Origin: a virus
IMG/VR virus record: IMGVR_UViG_3300030521_000001
Coordinates: 1 to 57,300 of that record
Length of the DNA: 57,300 bases
Direction: 5' to 3' (one strand)
The first letter of the stretch is position 1, and each line of letters opens with the position of its first letter. Positions 52,673 to 57,300 of this stretch are shown here, one piece after another. A model generated the notes under the pieces. That model was not told the DNA's origin and searched no databases. It worked only from the letters and a program-made list of their open reading frames with translations. Made by a program: the position numbers and the translations under genes.

Positions 52673-53200
52673 ATGCGCTATTTTTATCGATTGGCTGAAG
52701 GCGTCCAGGTGTTGCCGCTGATGGTGTCGCTGGCCCGGCAACCCGCGCTGTGGGACGCGGACAATTGTCGGCGCGAATTTGAAAACACGCCTCACGCCGC
52801 GACCAGCGACGTACTATTGCGGTTTGGGTCGACGGACGGCAACGAACTGGAGGCCGCCGATCGTTCCGTAATGGGGTCGCTGCCGGGCGTCAAGGCGCAA
52901 GTTCTGACTATTATGCACCTGGTCGGAGGCGTGCGTCTAGGTCGCGTCATCATTACCAAACTGGAATCCGGCAAGAAGATCCTGCCGCACAGTGACGTCA
53001 AGGGGGAATATTCCAAGTATTACACCCGGTATCATCTGGTGCTACAGGGTTTGCCGGGTTCGCTGTTCAACTGCGGCGACGAGACCGTCAATATGCGTAC
53101 TGGCGAGTTGTGGTGGTTCGACGCCGCAGCTGAGCACTCGGTCATTAATAATTCGGCGGACGACCGGGTGCACATGCTGATTGACGTGAGGATTGATTGA
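52673..53200 (+). CDS. Asp/Asn beta-hydroxylase-like 2OG-Fe(II) oxygenase (cupin).
   Basis: 175 aa. KILPHSDVKGEY..YTRYHLVLQG...FNCGDETVNMRTGELWWFDAAAEHSVINNSADDRVHMLIDV fits the HxD...H facial triad and the family pattern. Confidence 0.6.
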   Translation: MRYFYRLAEGVQVLPLMVSLARQPALWDADNCRREFENTPHAATSDVLLRFGSTDGNELEAADRSVMGSLPGVKAQVLTIMHLVGGVRLGRVIITKLESGKKILPHSDVKGEYSKYYTRYHLVLQGLPGSLFNCGDETVNMRTGELWWFDAAAEHSVINNSADDRVHMLIDVRID

Positions 53201-53668
53201 ATGTTGACGTTCCAGGTCGATAGCTTCGAGGCCAGCATTCCGGAACTCCGCGACCTGTTCCCGGTGCACCACGCTGAACTGGCCCTGTTCAAGGACCGGA
53301 TGCCGCTCGATCCCGATTATGCGGAATACGTGCGGCGCGAACGCGACGGCAAGCTGTTCTTGACAACGGGGCGTCAAAATGGTTCCATAGTCGCCTATTA
53401 CGTGGCGAACGTGTTTCCCGGATTCCACTACAAGAGTACCCTTACTGGGACCATGGACATCGCCTACGTCGTTCCCGATTTCCGAAACCGGGGCGCGGCT
53501 CTCCCCCTGTTCAGGACCACGGAACGTGAACTGCAGCGGAGGGGCGTCAAGGTGTGGTATTCCGGCAACAAACTACACAACCCGCTCGGAATGCCCAAGC
53601 TGCATGAACTGCTGGGCTTCATTCCGGCCGACCAGTATTGGGTGCGGTGGATCGGAGAGGTGAAATAA
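53201..53668 (+). CDS. GNAT-family N-acetyltransferase.
   Basis: 155 aa. GSIVAYYVANV....MDIAYVVPDFRNRGAALPLFRTTERELQRRGV matches GNAT motif A. The ATG directly follows the stop of the hydroxylase gene. Confidence 0.6.
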   Translation: MLTFQVDSFEASIPELRDLFPVHHAELALFKDRMPLDPDYAEYVRRERDGKLFLTTGRQNGSIVAYYVANVFPGFHYKSTLTGTMDIAYVVPDFRNRGAALPLFRTTERELQRRGVKVWYSGNKLHNPLGMPKLHELLGFIPADQYWVRWIGEVK

Positions 53669-53669
53669 A

Positions 53670-54473
53670 ATGGTAGCCGCAGCGGTCCTAGGTGCTGGTG
53701 CGTTGTCGGCGGGAGCCTCGATCTGGGGTTCCAGCAAGGCCGCCGACGCGCAGACCAACATGGGTAACGCGGCCATCGCCAACCAGAAGGACATGTACGC
53801 CAAGAACAGCAATGTGCTGTCGCCGTTCATCAACGCGGGCGCTGGTGCTATCCCACAGCTTCAAGACTGGTTGAATCCCTCGGGCGGTGCTGGCGGTAAC
53901 AACCCATTGTCGCAACTGATCAAACTGGTGACGCCGGGCGCCGATATGTCCAAGACACTGGAACAGACGCCCGGTTACCAGTTCGAGGTGGGTCAAGGGA
54001 CGCGCGCCGCACAGAACGCGCTGGCCGCGCGGGGCCTTGGGGGCTCGCCGGGGGCCATTGCTAAGGGCGTCGGGGGTTACGTTACCGGCCTCGCCAGCAA
54101 CACTTGGGACAGCGTGGTCAAGAACCTGCTTAGCACTTTCGGGACTGAAGGCGGGTCGCTACAAAACCTGGTCAACTCCGGCCGTGACGCCGGCAGCGCG
54201 CTGGCGGGTGTTGGCACCAGCACGGCCAATTCAATCTCAGGTTCGCTTACTGGCATCGGCAACGCGCAGGCGGCCGGCGCCAACGCGACGGGGGCCGCAG
54301 TAGGGGGGCTGGGTAATTCAGCGACCACGGCCGCGTTGCTGCAACAATTGACCGGTGGCGCGGGTGGAGGGGGTATTTACAGCGGCAACGCACTGGAAAA
54401 CGGCCCGACCAACGCGCAGATATCCGGCATGACTGACGCGCAAGCCTCTCAGTATGAACATTTGTTCGGGTAG
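53670..54473 (+). CDS. Internal virion/ejection protein (Gly-rich, 267 aa).
   Basis: Hydrophobic N-terminus MVAAAVLGAGALSAGASIWG. TPGYQFEVGQGTRAAQNALAARGLGGSPG motif, common in podovirus DNA-transfer proteins. Confidence 0.55.
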   Translation: MVAAAVLGAGALSAGASIWGSSKAADAQTNMGNAAIANQKDMYAKNSNVLSPFINAGAGAIPQLQDWLNPSGGAGGNNPLSQLIKLVTPGADMSKTLEQTPGYQFEVGQGTRAAQNALAARGLGGSPGAIAKGVGGYVTGLASNTWDSVVKNLLSTFGTEGGSLQNLVNSGRDAGSALAGVGTSTANSISGSLTGIGNAQAAGANATGAAVGGLGNSATTAALLQQLTGGAGGGGIYSGNALENGPTNAQISGMTDAQASQYEHLFG

Positions 54474-54479
54474 GGAAAC

Positions 54480-56051
54480 ATGGCTGACATCGGCGTCGAC
54501 ACCTCCAGTTACCCCAAGCCGCAACCTCCAGTTAACCCTCTAGACACAATCACTAAGTTTGGCCAGGCCGCCGATGTCATGGGCAACGTGGCGGCTGGGC
54601 AGGCAGTGCAAGGCGCCATACAGGATGACGGTACTATCGACCGTGATGCACTGGCACAGTCACTTAAAGGGTCCGTCGCCGGCAGCATGAAGGCTATACC
54701 GACGCTCGACGCGTTCGAAAGGCTGCGCCAGGCAGGCCACGTCGCCGACGAAGCCGGGCTTGACAATTTTCAGAAGCGTATGACCGTGGTCAATCACCTG
54801 TTCGGGCAACTCGCGGCCAAGGACAATCCCACCATACAGGACGTTAACAGCGTGGCCGCTCGCGTCCTTGACCCCGCGCTACAAGCCGGCAAGTATGGCC
54901 TGACTTTCCCGGTAGTGATGAACGCGCTCAAGAATTTCCGTGGTCCGGACGGGCGCCCGTTGTCGTCGGCCCAGATCAAGCAACGTGCGCTTGAAATCCA
55001 GACCATGACGGCCTCGACTGGAGAGCAACTGTCCAGCATGCACCCGGGCTACGAGGCGGTGGATGACGGCACCAATATCTCGCTGATACCGAAGGGCAAC
55101 CAGATCAACCCGAAATACCCGGTGGTCACCAAGCGTATCCCAACAGGTACGCCGCAGACTGATACCGACCCCAGTTCACCGACCTATCGCCAGCAAGTAC
55201 TGACGCCGTCGCAACGGCCGGTGCCGCCTTCTTATATCAACCCCGGCAGCAACACGGTCGAGGGTCCTAGCGCTAACTTCGGGGGCGTCGTGACCGGGGT
55301 GCAGGTAGGGCCAACTACCAACGCCCAGACTGGCGCTCCCGCGTCTTTCGACGAGCTTTACAAGTCGCGGATCGCGGGAGCGCCGGCTGCCGGCCTCAAG
55401 CCCGGCGTGGCTGCGGCGGCCACCAAAACTGCCGAGACCAGCGCCGAACTCGGCAACCGTCTGGTCACGGCGGCCAACGAAGTGCCGCAGACCCGGGCTA
55501 TCCTTGACAATCTCGACCGCACCCTGGCTGACTTCACGCCGGGGCCGGGAGCCGATTATCGCCGCATCGGTAAGGCGTTCGCTAATACCATCATTCCGGA
55601 ATCCCTGAAGAGTAGTTTGGGCTTCGACCCCAAGGGCATTGCGTCGCAGGAAGAATTCAACAAGCTGGGCTATCAACTGGCGCAGAACCAGTTCCAGGCG
55701 CTGGGGGGTACCGGCACCGACGCCAAGCTTGATTCGGCGCGCTCGACTTCACCCAGCGAGTTTCTGTCGACGGTCGGCAACAAGAACATCATATCGCTGC
55801 TGCGGGGCAACAACGACGCCCTCAAGGTCAAGGCCCGCGAGTGGAACAAATGGAAGGCCGCCCACGGCGAAGACAGTTATTCCGACTTCTCCGATCAGTT
55901 CAATGACCATTTCAACCCGCGCGTATTCCAGTTTCAGTACGTGCCGAAGGCTGATCGCCAGTCCTGGTACAAGGCAATGCCTTCGGATGACCGGCGTCAG
56001 TTCGAAGCCGATGCTGAATATGCTCTGGGTAAGAAGTGGATCAAGCCATGA
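54480..56051 (+). CDS. Internal virion/ejection protein (523 aa).
   Basis: Position and size in the P22-like order between the Gly-rich protein and the wrap-around protein. No enzymatic motif seen. Confidence 0.5.
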   Translation: MADIGVDTSSYPKPQPPVNPLDTITKFGQAADVMGNVAAGQAVQGAIQDDGTIDRDALAQSLKGSVAGSMKAIPTLDAFERLRQAGHVADEAGLDNFQKRMTVVNHLFGQLAAKDNPTIQDVNSVAARVLDPALQAGKYGLTFPVVMNALKNFRGPDGRPLSSAQIKQRALEIQTMTASTGEQLSSMHPGYEAVDDGTNISLIPKGNQINPKYPVVTKRIPTGTPQTDTDPSSPTYRQQVLTPSQRPVPPSYINPGSNTVEGPSANFGGVVTGVQVGPTTNAQTGAPASFDELYKSRIAGAPAAGLKPGVAAAATKTAETSAELGNRLVTAANEVPQTRAILDNLDRTLADFTPGPGADYRRIGKAFANTIIPESLKSSLGFDPKGIASQEEFNKLGYQLAQNQFQALGGTGTDAKLDSARSTSPSEFLSTVGNKNIISLLRGNNDALKVKAREWNKWKAAHGEDSYSDFSDQFNDHFNPRVFQFQYVPKADRQSWYKAMPSDDRRQFEADAEYALGKKWIKP

Positions 56052-57300
56052 GCGACGTATTAAAGGCGCTGGGCATTGAACCGGAGACCGACGAACACCC
56101 GGCCAACGTTGAGGCCTTGAGCAAGCTTGGGTTGAAGCCCGAAGCCGATGAACACCCGGCCAGCGTCGACCCTTACAATCTGGGTGACCCGGAACGCAAG
56201 ATAGTCAACGCACCGTCACAGACGCGGCTGCAGAAAGTGCACGAAGCGATAGACCCGTCGACTGCGATTCCGGCCGTGGTGTCGGACGTGGGCTCGAACA
56301 TCGCGGACTACGCAAGGAGTGGCGCCGGGCAATTTTCGCGCGGTATGGGGCAGATCTTCGCCACCGACGAACAAGGTAAATATGCCGGGCAACCTGCGAC
56401 GGGTGCTGGTAACACTGCTATGGGTAGCCTGGGCATCGTGACTTCCCCGGTGACTGGTGCAGTAAAGTCTGGTGAAAACGCGCTAGCTGGCATTACCGGC
56501 AACCCGGATTTCGCAGACAAGGCTGCGCTGATGTTTCCGATGAAGGTCGGCGCACCGGCTGCGGGTGCTGCCGCGAAGGCCGTGGCGCCGTCGACCAAGG
56601 CGTTGAACCTGGTGGCCGAACGAATGACGCCGGAAGCTTTGGACCGCATGCGCAACAACCCGCGCCTGTTGCCGATGGACGTTAGCCCCGGGGTTCAGAA
56701 CCTCGCGGTTGGCATCGCCAAGGACACCTCAAACCCTGCAGCGCAGGAGGCTGTTACTTCCACCATGCGCAACAGCGCGGCCACGGCCAAGGACGCGGTG
56801 CGTGGAACCTACGACGCCAGCCTCGGCGCCGCGCCCCCGGATCTGTTCAAGGAATACCAGCGATTACAGAACCAGTCTAAGGAAATTGGCCGCACCAAGA
56901 TCCAACCCCCGCTCGACGCGGCCGGACCGGTAGACACTTCCAAGGTCATCGAAAACATCGACAAAGTGCTCAAGCCCGGTGTGCAATCGGTAGCATCACC
57001 CGGCGTACCGTTCCGGACTAAATTGCAGGGGGAACTGGAGGAATGGCGCGGCGAACTGATGAAGGACGGTTCGGTCCTTACTGACGCCAACCGGTTGCAC
57101 GAGGTGCAGTCGGATCTCAGGCGCTATTCCGACGAACTGATGATGTCGCCGGACAAGAGTAACGCGCGGCTGGGCCGGCAACTCAAGGACTTTCGTAATC
57201 AACTGGTCGACGCTATTGATAAGTCGGCGTCGGGTTACAAGGAAGGCCTTGAAAAATACCGGGACAGCAAGGATATCGACAAGGCGTTCGAGTTCGGCCG
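56048..57300 (+). CDS. N-terminal part of the wrap-around internal virion/ejection-type protein (continues at 3-779).
   Basis: ATGA overlap with the upstream gene. I translated the frame by hand to the window end and found no stop. In phase with 3-779 across the 127-bp overlap. Short internal duplication LGIEPETDEHPANV/LGLKPEADEHPASV. Confidence 0.75.
   Translation, partial: MSDVLKALGIEPETDEHPANVEALSKLGLKPEADEHPASVDPYNLGDPERKIVNAPSQTRLQKVHEAIDPSTAIPAVVSDVGSNIADYARSGAGQFSRGMGQIFATDEQGKYAGQPATGAGNTAMGSLGIVTSPVTGAVKSGENALAGITGNPDFADKAALMFPMKVGAPAAGAAAKAVAPSTKALNLVAERMTPEALDRMRNNPRLLPMDVSPGVQNLAVGIAKDTSNPAAQEAVTSTMRNSAATAKDAVRGTYDASLGAAPPDLFKEYQRLQNQSKEIGRTKIQPPLDAAGPVDTSKVIENIDKVLKPGVQSVASPGVPFRTKLQGELEEWRGELMKDGSVLTDANRLHEVQSDLRRYSDELMMSPDKSNARLGRQLKDFRNQLVDAIDKSASGYKEGLEKYRDSKDIDKAFEFG
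57174..57300. repeat. Second copy of the 127-bp terminal overlap.
   Basis: Identical to 1-127. Confidence 0.95.

Noticed and set aside
1-57300. Search for CRISPR arrays, tRNA/tmRNA genes, integrase/attP, a reverse transcriptase (DGR) and a phage RNA polymerase.
   Set aside because: I found no spaced direct repeats, no cloverleaf-like sequence with a T-loop consensus in the intergenic gaps, and no tyrosine or serine recombinase, RT or single-subunit RNAP motifs in any ORF. The tRNA scan was by eye only and should be repeated with tRNAscan-SE.

Overview
The window is a complete, circularly closed phage genome. Bases 1-127 are identical to 57174-57300, so the unique length is 57173 bp, and one virion gene runs across the junction. 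The sequence is GC-rich and densely coded, in two strand blocks. A minus-strand early/replication block spans 6439-28842. A plus-strand late block (packaging, head, tail, lysis) starts at 29433 and wraps round to 6442. I saw no integrase, repressor, tRNA or CRISPR array, so the phage is probably virulent. The morphogenesis genes are P22-like (P22-type coat, portal with a long C-terminal helical barrel, gp4/gp10-like tail genes, ejection-type proteins, collar-domain tail fibre). A GcrA-like regulator suggests an alphaproteobacterial host. The main result is a translationally coupled purZ-mazZ-datZ operon (10356-12414). It lies in the same transcription unit as a family-A DNA polymerase, helicases and a PrimPol-type primase-helicase. 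This is the signature of phages that replace adenine with 2-aminoadenine (Z base) in their DNA. The second unusual item is an eight-gene cassette (29984-35844) between the small and large terminase genes. It encodes a diverged, split paralog of the coat protein (the first half carries a Tat-like signal), three signal-peptide proteins, and a lysozyme-family protein. Other observations: a family of near-identical extended -10 promoters; a conserved ACATAGGAG leader motif; a terminator overlapping a promoter in front of a LuxR-type regulator; an iteron-like divergent control region; a C5-cytosine methyltransferase; a hydroxylase plus acetyltransferase pair inside the tail module; several HNH endonucleases; and a run of tiny lysine-rich head-module ORFs. 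All family assignments come from reading motifs by eye. No database search was run.
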